From assembly GCA_951406725.2 (NCBI GenBank), contig OX597840.1, forward strand, positions 16,058,001-16,122,000: a DNA stretch of 64,000 nucleotides, in the 5' to 3' direction. Each line of letters starts with the position of its first letter. Position 1 is the first letter of the stretch. This document shows, piece after piece, positions 13,046 through 25,233 of the stretch. The DNA is from Octopus vulgaris. Taxonomy: Eukaryota. Below the pieces are notes generated by a model. That model had not been told where the DNA came from. It searched no databases and was given only the letters and a program-made list of their open reading frames with translations. A program made the position numbers and the translations under genes.

Positions 13046-15241
13046 ATGAGTTCTTAGTTGGCTGATTATCCACAAGACTAATAACATGACCAGAGACATG
13101 GTCTCTTGATTTGCTCGATATACAAGCCGAATCTTCTTCAGATCACCCTTGAGAATTTAAATTAGCCAGACCAGGACAAAATGTTCTACCTATTTTATGT
13201 TTAAACTGGCAAGATTTTGCTTCTCACACCTAACCTACAATGCCAGTTATAAAAAGATAAAAAGTCACATCATCAAAATCGCATGGCTATGAGATAATGC
13301 AGGATAAAGCCAAAACGTTAATAAATAAGCATTACGTTTGACTGAGTAATCTGAATGTTAGATGGCTTAAATAATTCTAATTTTGGCACAAGGCCAGCAA
13401 TTTTTAAGGGAGGGGTAATACTATCAACCCTTAATACCTGACAGTACTTATTTTATTGACCCTGAAAAAATGAAAGGCAAAGTAGACGTCAGAGGAATTG
13501 GAATGTAAAGAACCAAAAGAAATGCTGCCAAGCCATTTCTTAGATGCTCTAATGATTCTGCCAGCTCAGAATATCTTGTCCCTTTAGCATTCATATTACT
13601 TTGTCAAATGTAATGCTTACTGATTCACACTGTTTGGAATTAATCATGGAATTAATTATTTCTGAGCTTTGAGATCTTGATGTGATTGTTTATTTTTAGA
13701 ACATTGTAGGGTAGGTGTGAGAGATTGGATCTAGCTGGTTTGAACATAAAACAGAATATTTGGGCCAGACATGGCTGGCTTAAATGCTAATGGATTAGAT
13801 ACTATTTTAAACAATAAAAGGATGATGTAGTCCGGCATACAGTGAAAACAAAAAGGATAGTCATGGATGGAATGCCTTTGATTATAGTTGTGTTCAATCA
13901 ACATTGCCCTAGGAATAAACAGCAACAATAGATTTATATATTGGGAGGTAATATTTATCCCCACTTAAACATGGATGTTCTATCAGAGTAAACTTTACTG
14001 TGATACTTGTCAGAATTGAGATAAATCTCCACTACCTTCAGTGCCGAGAACACCAAGTCACAATTTCAGCCTTGTTTGGTCTTGTCAATGATGGACACTC
14101 AGCTGCTAGAGACAGTAGTGATTTATCTCCCCATCAATGATATATAGATTGACAGTGCTAGAACAGTCACTGGTGTTGTGATTAGTCAGTTAGCTTGACA
14201 AACACCATTCCTCTATGTGATCAGCTTGAAAAATTGTTAAGATATTAAGATATTTTAACATGAAACCAATCGTAGCCTTAATACACAAATAAATTTTATC
14301 CACCAACGTGGTGTTGAGCACTCAGTCTCATTGTTCAACATTTACATGTGTGTGTATATATATATATATATATATGAGAGAGACAAATAGACAGAGACAG
14401 ACAGACAAGACAGCAGGAGTAAAAGCCTTGACTGTCACACTGTCCAACATATAATTAATCAGAATATGTTAGGATTTGTTTTCATAGTTCAATCAGGAAA
14501 TAAGGCGGTGCCTATGACACATTCCAGATTCTCTAAGATGGGAGGAAATGGAGGAAGTGTCCAGAAACCAAACACTTGGCCTCTAGCACTTGCAATAGAG
14601 CACATCCTACTAAAGGCATCCTTCACAAGTAAGCCATGGCAAGATTTTAACTCAGTACATGAAGTACCAGAACAGATACCACAAGGCATCATGCTTGATG
14701 CTTTACAGATTCTGTTAATCCACTGCCTTAGGCTGGTACTTCATTTATCAAGCCAGGGAGGATGGAAGCAAAGCGGACCTCAGACTACAAGAATCCTGGA
14801 TAAATACTGCAAGGTATTTCATCTGACGCTCAACCACTTTCACCAATTTACCAATGTGCTGTATGGCCCTCAACCAGACTGAGGTATGCTATATCAGGAG
14901 CTTTGACTTGAAACTAGTCAGGTCTTAATTGGAACTACACCACAACACCATAACCAACAACTCAATTGCTTGATGTGCAAGAAGCAGCAGCTTAATCTCC
15001 CTTAATAACACCTTTTCCTATTTTTTTTATTAGATGGGACACATTACTTAAAATGGTCTTGGGTACACAGTACCTATTAAAAAGAAAAGAAAAAAGGAAA
15101 AAAAGAGATTAGCTGACTATGGATAGAATGTCTTTTTTTTCATTAGTCCATTTGATTAGGGCTCACCTGGAACAAAATAACAACAGTAGCAATAATGAGG
15201 TTTACAAAAGAGGTAACTGATGGAATAAAATAGCTTCTTAC

Positions 15242-15311
15242 CAGTTTGATAAAGCTTGTAAAGCAGCATTCATATAACAACTGTTGCCCAAGTTCTGTAA
15301 ACCTGTTAAAC
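15242..15311 (-). CDS. USP20/USP33: USP20/33 coding exon 5, catalytic Cys box
   Basis: cag|(G)[22 protein letters not shown](C)|gtaag; canonical USP Cys box. Confidence 0.97.
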
Positions 15312-15384
15312 CTGATAACAGAGACGAGAGTAAGTTAACACAGTGTTGGTGTATATATTAAAAATATCTTGAAATACTAAAGAG

Positions 15385-16134
15385 TAAATTTATTCAAGAA
15401 AATCGCCATTGCCTTCAACTTGCAGCCTCCAGACGACTTTGGAATCTCATGCAACTTTTCTGGGCAGTCTCCTTGTTTAAGTTGGTGAATGCTGCCATAA
15501 TCCTTGCCTTCAGTTTATGTTTGGTGTTACAAGGAGTTTTGTTGGTCTCTCACTCAAATGTGCCCCAGACATAATAGTCAAGGGGGCTGCAGTCTGGGGA
15601 GTTAGGTGGCCAGATGTTAGGAGTGATGTGGTTACAGAGATTGTCTGACAGCCATGACTGGGTTCTCCTGCTTGTGTGGCATGGTGCAGAATCCTGTTGG
15701 CAGACATAGGGTCTTCCAGCAGCCACCTTCTTGACCCAGGGCAGCACTACCTCCTCCAGGAACTTGATGTAGGCCTTCTTGTTGAGTCTGAAACCATGTG
15801 AGAAGATGAATGGAGGCATAATGTTACCATCATTAGTGATCATGCCAAACACCCTGATGTTGACAGGATGTTTGATTTTTATCACTCTCAGAACAAGTTT
15901 TGGGGACAATCTGTCCACACATTAACAGCCAAACACTGAAATGCTTGTATTGGAGCTCCTGGCGCAAATGCCAAGCAGTACAGCATGTCGATTCCAAATT
16001 TCTGGCAGAGTGAACTGCATCATAGATAGTGGTGTTTTTCTCACAGACAGTGCCTAACTGACCCTACTGTAATGCGTAGTCGACAAAAATCAACCAAAAA
16101 TATAAAATGGCATCATTTTATCCATCACATCCTG
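15385..16134 (-). mobile_element. Tc1/mariner-superfamily transposon remnant, DD37D (maT-type) transposase
   Basis: ORF 15550..15918: QQDSAPCH...WPPNSPDCSPLDYYVWG with 37 residues between the two D; C-terminal 'RFQSRLEA'; TA-CAGGATGTG end near 16134; other end not found. Confidence 0.8.
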
Positions 16135-16136
16135 TA

Positions 16137-16184
<48 letters not shown>

Positions 16185-16394
16185 CACATACATACATACA
16201 TACATACATACACACACACATGCAAATACATACATAACTTAACAAGGGAGTCTCTAGATGGTCACTCGACATGTTACAAATAGCAATCAAAGCTTCCTCA
16301 AAGCACTACTGTAGGGACACATTGAACAATGTAGTCCTTGACAGACAATGGGATGCAATAGTGACGACTGAGCTAGAGCAAAACATTTAGTTAC

Positions 16395-16522
16395 CTCTGG
16401 GTTTAATAGTATCATCATCCATATCAGACTCCGAGTCTTCGGGTTCAAATGCACTTCTCTGTGGTGAGCTGTCAGTTGAAACATCTTGGTGGTCTAGCAT
16501 CTGGTACGGCCGGTCTAATATT
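16395..16522 (-). CDS. USP20/USP33: USP20/33 coding exon 4 (acidic linker)
   Basis: cag|(Q)ILDRPYQMLDH...EDSESDMDDDTIKPR(G)|gtaact; resembles 'ESESEDDDLKPRG'; phase 2 to 1 fits exons 3 and 5. Confidence 0.9.
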
Positions 16523-16526
16523 CTGA

Positions 16527-16564
<38 letters not shown>

Positions 16565-16674
16565 TAATAATAAATGCCCTGATGCAGTATCAGGCACTGG
16601 CTCTCGTGCCTTCTGATCTTAAGTAATTGAAAGTGTTATCATGTACATTGTTTTGTCTTGGTATAAAAGATGGG

Positions 16675-16899
16675 TGAGCTGGCAGAAACGTTAGCACGCC
16701 GGGCGAAATGCTTAGCGGTATTTCGTCTGCGTTACGTTATGAGTTCAAATTCCGCCAAGGTCGACTTTGCCTTTCATCCTTTCGGGGTCGATAAATTAAG
16801 TACCAGTTACGCACTGGGGTCGATGTAATTGACTTAATACCTATGTCTGTCCTTGTTTGTCCCCTCTATGTTTAGCCCCTTGTGAGTAATAAAGAAATA
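16675..16899 (+). mobile_element. tRNA-type SINE, tail type A (LINE-like tail), full length with TSD
   Basis: head tgagctggcagaa...gagttcaaattcc (A/B-box-like), body gcctttcatcctttcggggtcgataaattaagtaccag, tail ...tgtcccctctatgtttagccccttgtgagtaataaagaaata; TSD (g)gtataaaagatggg; other tail-A copies at ~5425-5655(-), 10373-10612(+), 34222-34445(-), 39420-39645(-). Confidence 0.85.
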
Positions 16900-19741
16900 G
16901 GTATAAAAGATGGGCTACAGTAAATATTCTGTTCAATACCACAGATTTGCTTGTCAGTTGGTTGACCGTAACCTGTTGAGCATGTTCCTTAGTGGCTGAC
17001 AATATGTGCACCCCTGATCATGAGCAGAAGTAGTGGGGGAGCATCATAGCCATGTGCTGAGAGGGATTCTTAGGGGTTTGGATAATTCAACTCTGGAAAC
17101 ATGGGTGTTTTGTTCATCATCTTTAAACAACTCTTATTCAGGGACCTTTTGAGCAGGATGGGCTACTTGACCTGAGGGAAATTCTAACTGGGCCTCACCT
17201 GCAAGGTTATGCGCTGGTTATCTCGATATGAGATCACCATGTCACACACATATGGTTGTGATGCGTGTGATTAGTGTACACTTATCAGATGGGTAGTCAT
17301 GATGGGAATACTAGGCTCTGTATATATTACCCCAGTGTCATTTTAATGGCATGCACTGTTCTCTCACTCAATAATAACAGTAATATTAGTTGAGGGAGAT
17401 AGTTGAAACCATTGACACTAGTAAATGACTGGTAATTTATGTGTGCATGTGTGCGCAGACATGGCTGCATAGTTAAGAAGCGTGTTTTGGGATTGATTTA
17501 TATGACTAAGCCTCCAAGGTAGTGCTCCAGCATGGCTGCTGGCCGATGACTAAAATGAGTCATATAAAAGTTGTGTGTGTGTTTGCATGACTGTGGTAAG
17601 AAGCTTGCTTCCCAACCACATGGTTCCAGGTTCAATCCCACTGCGAGGCACCTTGAGCAAGCTTCTTACCATACAGCCACACCAATCCTGTTTTTTTCCC
17701 AACTTTGACCCTCCATAAATCCTAAATGTTATTTTAGAATTTATGGGAGCAACTGTCCTTGAAGACTCATATTGTCATTGAATACTTGAAATGAGGAGTA
17801 GACAGACAGCCAACAACTAATGAAGGGTCATTTCTCTGTGTTTACTTGTCCTGTTTTTACATATTTCATGTTGTTTGCACAGTTGGTGACATCCTGTACC
17901 CATATATCCATATCACCGTGATCACTGTGACAGACCAGGCTATCAGATGTTGCTACACATTGCTGGTCACAATGCGCTTCGCATTGTTTTAGCCTTCAAA
18001 TCATGCCATCCCGCTAACTAAGCAAGCAGGCCAACAGAAGAAAGAGTGAGAGAAAGTTGTGGTGAAAGAGTACAGCAGGGATCGTCACTACCCACTGCCG
18101 GAGCCTCGTGGAGCTTTAGGTGTTTTCGCTCAATAAACACTCACAATGCCTGGTCTGGGAATCAAAACCACGATCCTACAACCACAAGTCCACTGCCCTA
18201 ACCACTGGGCCATTGCGCCTCCACTATATATGCATATATATGCATACATATATATTTATATATATGCGCACATATACACACAACAGTAAACGACATGGTT
18301 TAATAAAAAAGACCAGTAATAGTAAAGTTATATTTCATATTATTGTGACTTCTAATCAATCATAGACAAGAGAACAAATATTACAAGGTAAACATTATTA
18401 TTGTTGCCATTTTGTCATGGAGCAAGGACAAATCAAGTTAGAATAATCTAGAACTGTTTCTTTAGCATTGTTTTCTTCTTTTTGTATATTTCCTCACCTT
18501 CACGATATTCTCTTCCCCCTCTGACCTACGATAAGAAAGCTTGTTTGCACAACATACTGTATTATTGCATAACATTAACACCAACCTTATATTAATTAAA
18601 CATTGGCATCATTAAAATGAATATTAAAGAAAATAAATCAGGTAAAAAGAAAACAAAAAAATGGTGAATAATAAAATTATTTTTCGACCTTTAAAAAAAA
18701 AAAATCCCACTGGAATTCCGCAACTTCCTCCTGGAATCTTGGTATGTGTCCCAGATTAATAATTGTGGGAGATTTCAATGTGACTGGTTGGTGTTCTGAT
18801 GCAGAAAAACTGTACCAGTCACACAGTTATGCACAAAGGTGAAGTCAAGCATGCACACACATACTATCACAAAGAGTCAGTCTCTCTCCCTCACTCTCTC
18901 TCTCAAACACACACTATCACAAAGCATCACACACACTCAGACACATCATTGCAGAGTTATTCACATACACACATATCATCATAAAGTTCCTCTCACTCAC
19001 TCACACACACACAATCACAAAGTGGCACAGTCACGCACTCCACTTTCACAGTGATCATCACTTTCTGAGTTCAAATCTTGCTCAGGTCAACTCCGCTGTT
19101 CATCCTTTTAGGGTCAATAAAATTAAAGTACCAGTTAACTACTGGGGCCATTGTAATTAACTAGTCTCCTCTCCCAAGGATTATTATTAAAAAGATAGTT
19201 AGTTGGCAGAATCATTAGTCTGCCAGGCAAAACGCTTCACACCCATCTTAACATTCAATGGAACCTGGGCAGCTCTCCAACCATGCCAGTATAGAGATCA
19301 GACGCTAGAAGATGATGCAGATGTAAACATTGCACAACATCATGGTTACACTGATGTTCTAGTAATCAGTGTAACCATGAGCTAAATATACAATTATCTG
19401 GTATAAAGCATAGCATATGTCCATTAGTGCAGACAATGTAAAATAACTTATTATACACTAAAATTATTATTACATGCTGAAGGCTGTGAAACAGTCATAA
19501 TCCTAACAATGACAAGTATTTAAATAAATATATTCACCATTCATACCTCCAATTTTATAGCTTTTATATATACACACACACACATATAGTTGAAATTTAC
19601 AGAAAAACAAAAGACGATGACAGGTGTATGGACAACAAGCAGGTGTATTAGTTTCAAGTTTGGTAAAGTGAGAAAGCCCTTTAGGTTTCGAGCCTACGCT
19701 CTTAAACAGAAAGGAATATTAAGAAATAAACAGAGAGAGAA

Positions 19742-19779
<38 letters not shown>

Positions 19780-20349
19780 TGTAGGCATGGTTGTGTGGTA
19801 AGAAGCATGCTTCCCACCCACATGGTACAATGTTCAGTCCCACTGCATGGTACCTTGGGCAAGTGTCTATTACTATAGCCTTCGGTTGATCAAAGCCTTG
19901 TGAGTGGATTTGGTAGATGTAAACTGAAAGAAGCCACTTGTATGTGTGTGTGTTTGTCCCCACTGCCCACCACCATCACTTGACAACTAGTGTTGGTGTG
20001 TTTATGTCCCTGTAACTTAGCAGTTCAGCAAAATAGACAGAATAAGTACCGGCTTACAAAGAAAAAGTCCCGGGGTTGATTTCTTCAACTAAAACCCTTT
20101 AAGGCAGTGCTCCAGCATGGCTAGTCAAAGTAACGGAAACAAGTAAAAGAATAAAAGAATATATAGTACATCTTGTATGTTCAGTTGGATGTACAACTGC
20201 TCCTGTTGAGTTTGAAGCTCCACAAGATGACCATTGTTTGGTCTGCTTCAAGTATGGAGTCATGTAACTACTATATTTAGTAGTATTTCTAGTTATGACA
20301 CAAAGAGTAAATTCAGGAGAAATTATGATAAATACAAGTGAACATCCTT

Positions 20350-20456
20350 TGTTCCCTACACATGTTTCACCATTGTGGTTGTTTGGAACTTTGCATTGAA
20401 TGTTCCCAGTAAAATTTGATGCTTAACCACAATGGATCGTCGTCATCAGGGAAACA
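20350..20456 (-). ncRNA. hammerhead-ribozyme-like motif (type I, Penelope-like minimal form), intronic and sense to host
   Basis: stem I TGTTTCC/GGGAACA, core CTGATGA, 11-bp stem II, GAAAC, palindromic ACATGT, GTA triplet; non-canonical 7-nt insert after the core. Confidence 0.5.
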
Positions 20457-21483
20457 TTTTATTGCATTGTTACAGAGGTCAAATGTCTATTGTCTGCCTC
20501 TAGATGTGTGTGTGTGTGTGTTGATGTTTGTTTTCGTGTTTATTGATAATAAAAAAATTTTACATTAACCTGAAGAGTTACTATTCTTTTACTTGTTTCA
20601 GTCATTTGACTACAGCCATGCTGGAGCACCGCCTTTAGTCGAGCAAATTGACCCCAGGACTTATTCTTTGTAAGCCTAGTACTTATTCTATCGGTCTCTT
20701 TTGCCAAACCGCTAAGTTATGGGGATGTAAACACACCAACATTGGTTGTCAAGCGATGGTGGGGGGACAAACAGTCACACAAACACATGCAAACACACAC
20801 ACATACATACATATATACGACGGGCTTCTTTCAGTTTCCGTCTACCAAATCCACTCACAAGGCTTTGGTCAGCCCAAGGCCATAGTAGTAGTAGACACTT
20901 GCCCAAGGTGCCGCACAGTGGGACTATACATCTGTAGAATACAAGATGATTCTTAAACAAGAACATTGTTGACAGTGACTTTGAAGTCTTGGCCAGTTAA
21001 GCCATTGTCGGATGATGGCTTAACTGGTCTAAACTTTAAAGTCACTATCAACATTATTCTTGTTTAAGAGTAGACACACACATACACACTACAACTACCT
21101 AGTCACTGTATTATGACACCAGGTAACAGAATATTCCACAGACATCTGTACCCTTAACATTATCCAAGGGTAGAATAAGTATGACCAGAAACATCCACAT
21201 CCACCCACAAATACCTCCTCACTGATTTGGCTTAACCGGCCAAAACTTCAAAGCCACTGTCAACAATATTCTTGGTTAAGAATGCATATAGATACACAAA
21301 CTGGCCGAGTATTCCACAAATACTTCTATCCTGAACACAATCCCGCAAACATACTAAACAAGTGACAAGGTCAGGCTTACGAATTACAAGTACAACCTAT
21401 TCAACAAAACATACACACACAATGTTAAAGAAAATACATAGAAACACAGAATTCTACACAAAAAAAAATCCGAAGGCACTTAC

Positions 21484-21581
21484 TGTAATGGTGGGCTGTT
21501 ATGATCCAAAACTTCATTTTCACAAGAGTAACACCAAATTCTCATGGTAGTCAAGTTGATAGTCAGACAGTGATTGTGTTC
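21484..21581 (-). CDS. USP20/USP33: USP20/33 coding exon 3 (zf-UBP C-terminal half)
   Basis: tag|EHNHCLTINLTTMRIWCYSCENEVLDHNSPPL|gtaagt; matches 'H.LT.NLTT.R.WCY.CE.EV'. Confidence 0.95.
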
Positions 21582-23566
21582 CTAAATATAAACATATAGA
21601 CGTCATGTACATATATTAGCATCGAAATTGGTCCAGCCATCAGCATCTTATCTATGAAACTACATGTAAATAACACACCTTCCAACCTACGTAAAGCTTC
21701 CCACGTGATACATATACACGTTTGTATTTAAAATGTGAGGAAAAGTACTTGACACGCACATATATCATCATCATCATCATTTAGCGTCTTTGCAGGGGTG
21801 GCTGTGTGGTTAGGAAGTTTGCTTCCCAACCATAATTTCAAGTTCAGTCCCACTGCATGGCAACTTGGGCAAATGTCTTCTACTATAGCCCAAGACTGAC
21901 CACTGCCTTGTGAGTGAATTTGGTAGACATAAACTGAAAGAAGACCAATGTTTGTCTGTGAATGTTTGTGTTTCCTTGTTTTGATATTGTGATAGCTGTA
22001 AAATGATTTCCACTGTCATCCAAACAGTGCCATTCGTTTCCAATATTCCGCGGAAACATCAGGTCACGGGGAAATATTACCTTACTTGGAAACAGGTGGT
22101 AAGAAAGGCATCAGGCCATAGAAAATCTGTCTCAGTAAAAGCTTCACTTGAGCCATGCAAGCATGAAAAAGTGGATGTGAAAATGATGACAATGACATCA
22201 ATGCTATGATAACTCAGACTTTAGTAAATATCTTAAGAGTGCAGATATGGCTCCATGTTTAAGAAGTCCGCTTTGTAATCACTTGGCTCTAGGTTCAAAC
22301 CCCCATACTGGGTACTACTTTTAAGTGTTTAACTGATTATATTGACCCTAAGAACATATTTCAGTAGGTACTAATTCAGAGAGCAGACAACTGATGGTGG
22401 TACAGAGGCAGTGATAGCAAGAGACCATTGCTAAATAAACTAAAGGGAAGACAAGTCTCAGTTGTGTTTTTAAAAAAATTATGGCAGCGATACGAAGGTG
22501 ATAAGAGCAGCTTTAATAAGCTGAACTGGGAAACGAAATTAGAGTAAAATAAATAAATAAAAATACTAATTAGAGCTTGTTTTCTTTCTCTAAACATTGT
22601 GTGTGTGTGACTCTGCATTAAAATTACTTTTAAATAAAAGCATACCTATTCCCCACCACACCTTTGCCGCCTCCTCCACCTCCTAGTACACTCAAGTACC
22701 ATCAACAATGGGTAACGTAATAGTAGTTGTGTTGATGGCAATGACGGTTGCTGTGTAGCCCCTGATTGAGGAGTCCCATGGTATGTAGCTAGTTGACACA
22801 TTCCTTAGAACCGTTTTCCTAATTTCATTAGGTCTCCCCCGCTTCGCCCCAGTTTAGGACCATTGCTGCACACTTTAGCATGCATCATATAGGATGCAGT
22901 ATGACAATGTGAACACCTTGCACTTGACCGTCCTGTGAATTCCTGCAAACCTATAGATCACAGTACTGGCTACAGAAGAGGTTTGCAAAACGAGCTGAGA
23001 GTGCAGTAATGTGTAAAGAAGTTCCCATCTCTAACTGTGGAAGGAACCTGTGGAAGTGGTCAACCCAGGAAAACGTAGGATGTTGAGTCTCACAGAAGTG
23101 ATGACAAGTGATTTGAGACTTTTGGCGAGTTGCTGTGCTTTAGAAGACACATCAAGCTAAGTGAAATAGTTGTGGTCAGTGCTAGTGACATTTAAAGGGC
23201 ACTTGTGTCGGAGGCATGAAAAGGCACCTGACAAGCAAAAGAAAGAACACAAAAACAAATGTAGTGTGCAAAAAAAGGAAACGGTGACAGTATGGACACA
23301 TAAAGTGTATGGAGGAAGATAGTTGGGTAAAGAAGTGCTGGGCAATCTGAGTGTAAGGAACCCACAAGAAAGGAAGACCAAGGAAGACATGGGAAGAAAT
23401 ATGAAGACTGGTCTAAAGAAGGCAAGCCTTACAACTGAGATAACAAAAGACAAGTGACAGGATGGTGTCAGGGAGAAGCATGAAAAGAGGGAAGTAAAAA
23501 TGATGAAATGTGCAATTTGAAGGAGATCTGGTCGAAATTTCTAGCAAGTCAAACAACCATTTGGAA

Positions 23567-24178
23567 CAGTGGTTCTTGACTATTTTGTTTTACATGTGGG
23601 CCCCTCTGATTACTATAGCTATTACAATAGCTATACCAATAGCTATTCGGTATTTAAAATCTTGTTTAACAGATGCTTCTTTCAAAATTTCTATTTTGTT
23701 TTTCACACATTCACTTGTATAGGTTTGCAACAGCACTCTCTAAGAAGACATGTCTCAGGAGATGGAAACATAAACTATATAAAACATCGACCTTTCAGTG
23801 TTTAAACTGGCCATATCTAGCTCAAATATTCCAACTGTTTTACGTTCAAACTGGCATGATTCAGTCCTTTACACCTACTCTACAAAATCATGCTGAAAGC
23901 AAATAAGTGCACCATCAAAATTTCAAAGCTACAAGATATGCAGGATTACTTCGAAGCAATATGAAGAAATAAGTATTACATTTGACAGAGTAATCTGAAC
24001 ACTAAAGGGTTAAAGAACCCTAGCTGTTTCTTGCAATAAATACATGTAGAGCCAATTTTTATTTCCAGATACCCTTAAAATACTACTGAGGACCCAATTT
24101 ATGATTTTGCTTACACAGACACCCAAAAACTTTATATGGATCTCAGGGGTCACATGGACCCTGATTGAGGAACCACTG
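23567..24178. mobile_element. older hAT-like MITE carrying a piggyBac-like MITE piece (~23790-24013)
   Basis: ends CAGTGGTTC / GAACCACTG; TSD eroded. Confidence 0.55.
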
Positions 24179-24436
24179 ATGCAGAGGTTCCCTTGTTAGC
24201 ACCAATAGTTGCTATTGTAGTCACACTAGGATTCTCAATTTTTTGAAGGGATAAATGATTGACCCCGATACATCCATGTACAACAAGTAGTAGCAGCAGT
24301 AGTTACAGTGACTGTACTAAGATTTCCAATATTGAATTCAAATTTTGGCACAAGGCCAGCACATTTCGGGTAGGGGTTAAGTCGATTACATCAACCCAAA
24401 TGCTCAACTAGTACTTGTTTTATTGATTCCCTAAAG

Positions 24437-25233
24437 CAGAGGTTCTCAAACTTTTTGGGCCACTGCCTTCCCCCTCATGGCCACATAATACCCTCAGTGC
24501 CCCCCACACCTATTTTTATGTATCAATATTTTACTAATTTATACACACTATGAATCATTTGATATTTAATATATTATTATATAATTTACTCTTTACTTTT
24601 TACTTGTTTCAGCCACTTAACAGTGGCCATGCTGGAGCACCACCTTTAGTTGAGCAAATCGATCCCAGGACTTATTCTTTGTAAGCCTAGTACTTATTCT
24701 ATCGGTCTCTTTTGCTGAACCACTAAGTTATGGGGACATAAACACCCAACATCGGTTGTCAGGCAATGGAGGGGCAACAAACACAGACACACAAACACAC
24801 ATGCACGCGCACACACACACACACACACACACGACGGGCTTCTTTCGGTTTCTGTCTACCAAATCCACTCACGATGCTTTGTTTGGCCCGAGGCTATAGA
24901 AAACACTTGCCCAAGGTGCCATGCAGTGGAACTGAACCCAGAACCATGTGGTTGGTAAGCAAGTTACCGCACAGCCACTCCTGTGCCTATGAAAGGATGA
25001 AGTCGACCTCAGCAGAATTTGAACTCGGAACGTAAAGACAGATGAAACACCGCTAAGCATTTTGCCCGACGTGCTAATGTTTCTGCCAGCTCACAATACT
25101 ATAATAATATTATAATAAATTCATAGCATCCCCCAATTCACTGCCTTCCTTCAAATGCCTCCTTTTTCTCTACTGCTACCTTAGACACCAGCGCCCACCT
25201 GGACCGTCTCAATGCCCACTTTGAGAATCTATG
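24437..25233. mobile_element. hAT (Charlie-like) MITE with nested SINEs
   Basis: TIR CAGAGGTTCTCAAA / TTTGAGAATCTATG; perfect 8-bp TSD CCCTAAAG (24429-24436, 25234-25241). Confidence 0.82.

Noticed and set aside
14466-14882. 138-aa plus-strand ORF
   Set aside because: No recognisable domain, the 3' half runs into a decayed SINE, and it is antisense within an intron.
16675-16760. tRNA genes suggested by A/B-box-like motifs (gagttcaaattcc, ggttcagtccc)
   Set aside because: These are SINE heads in dozens of diverged copies without a complete cloverleaf.
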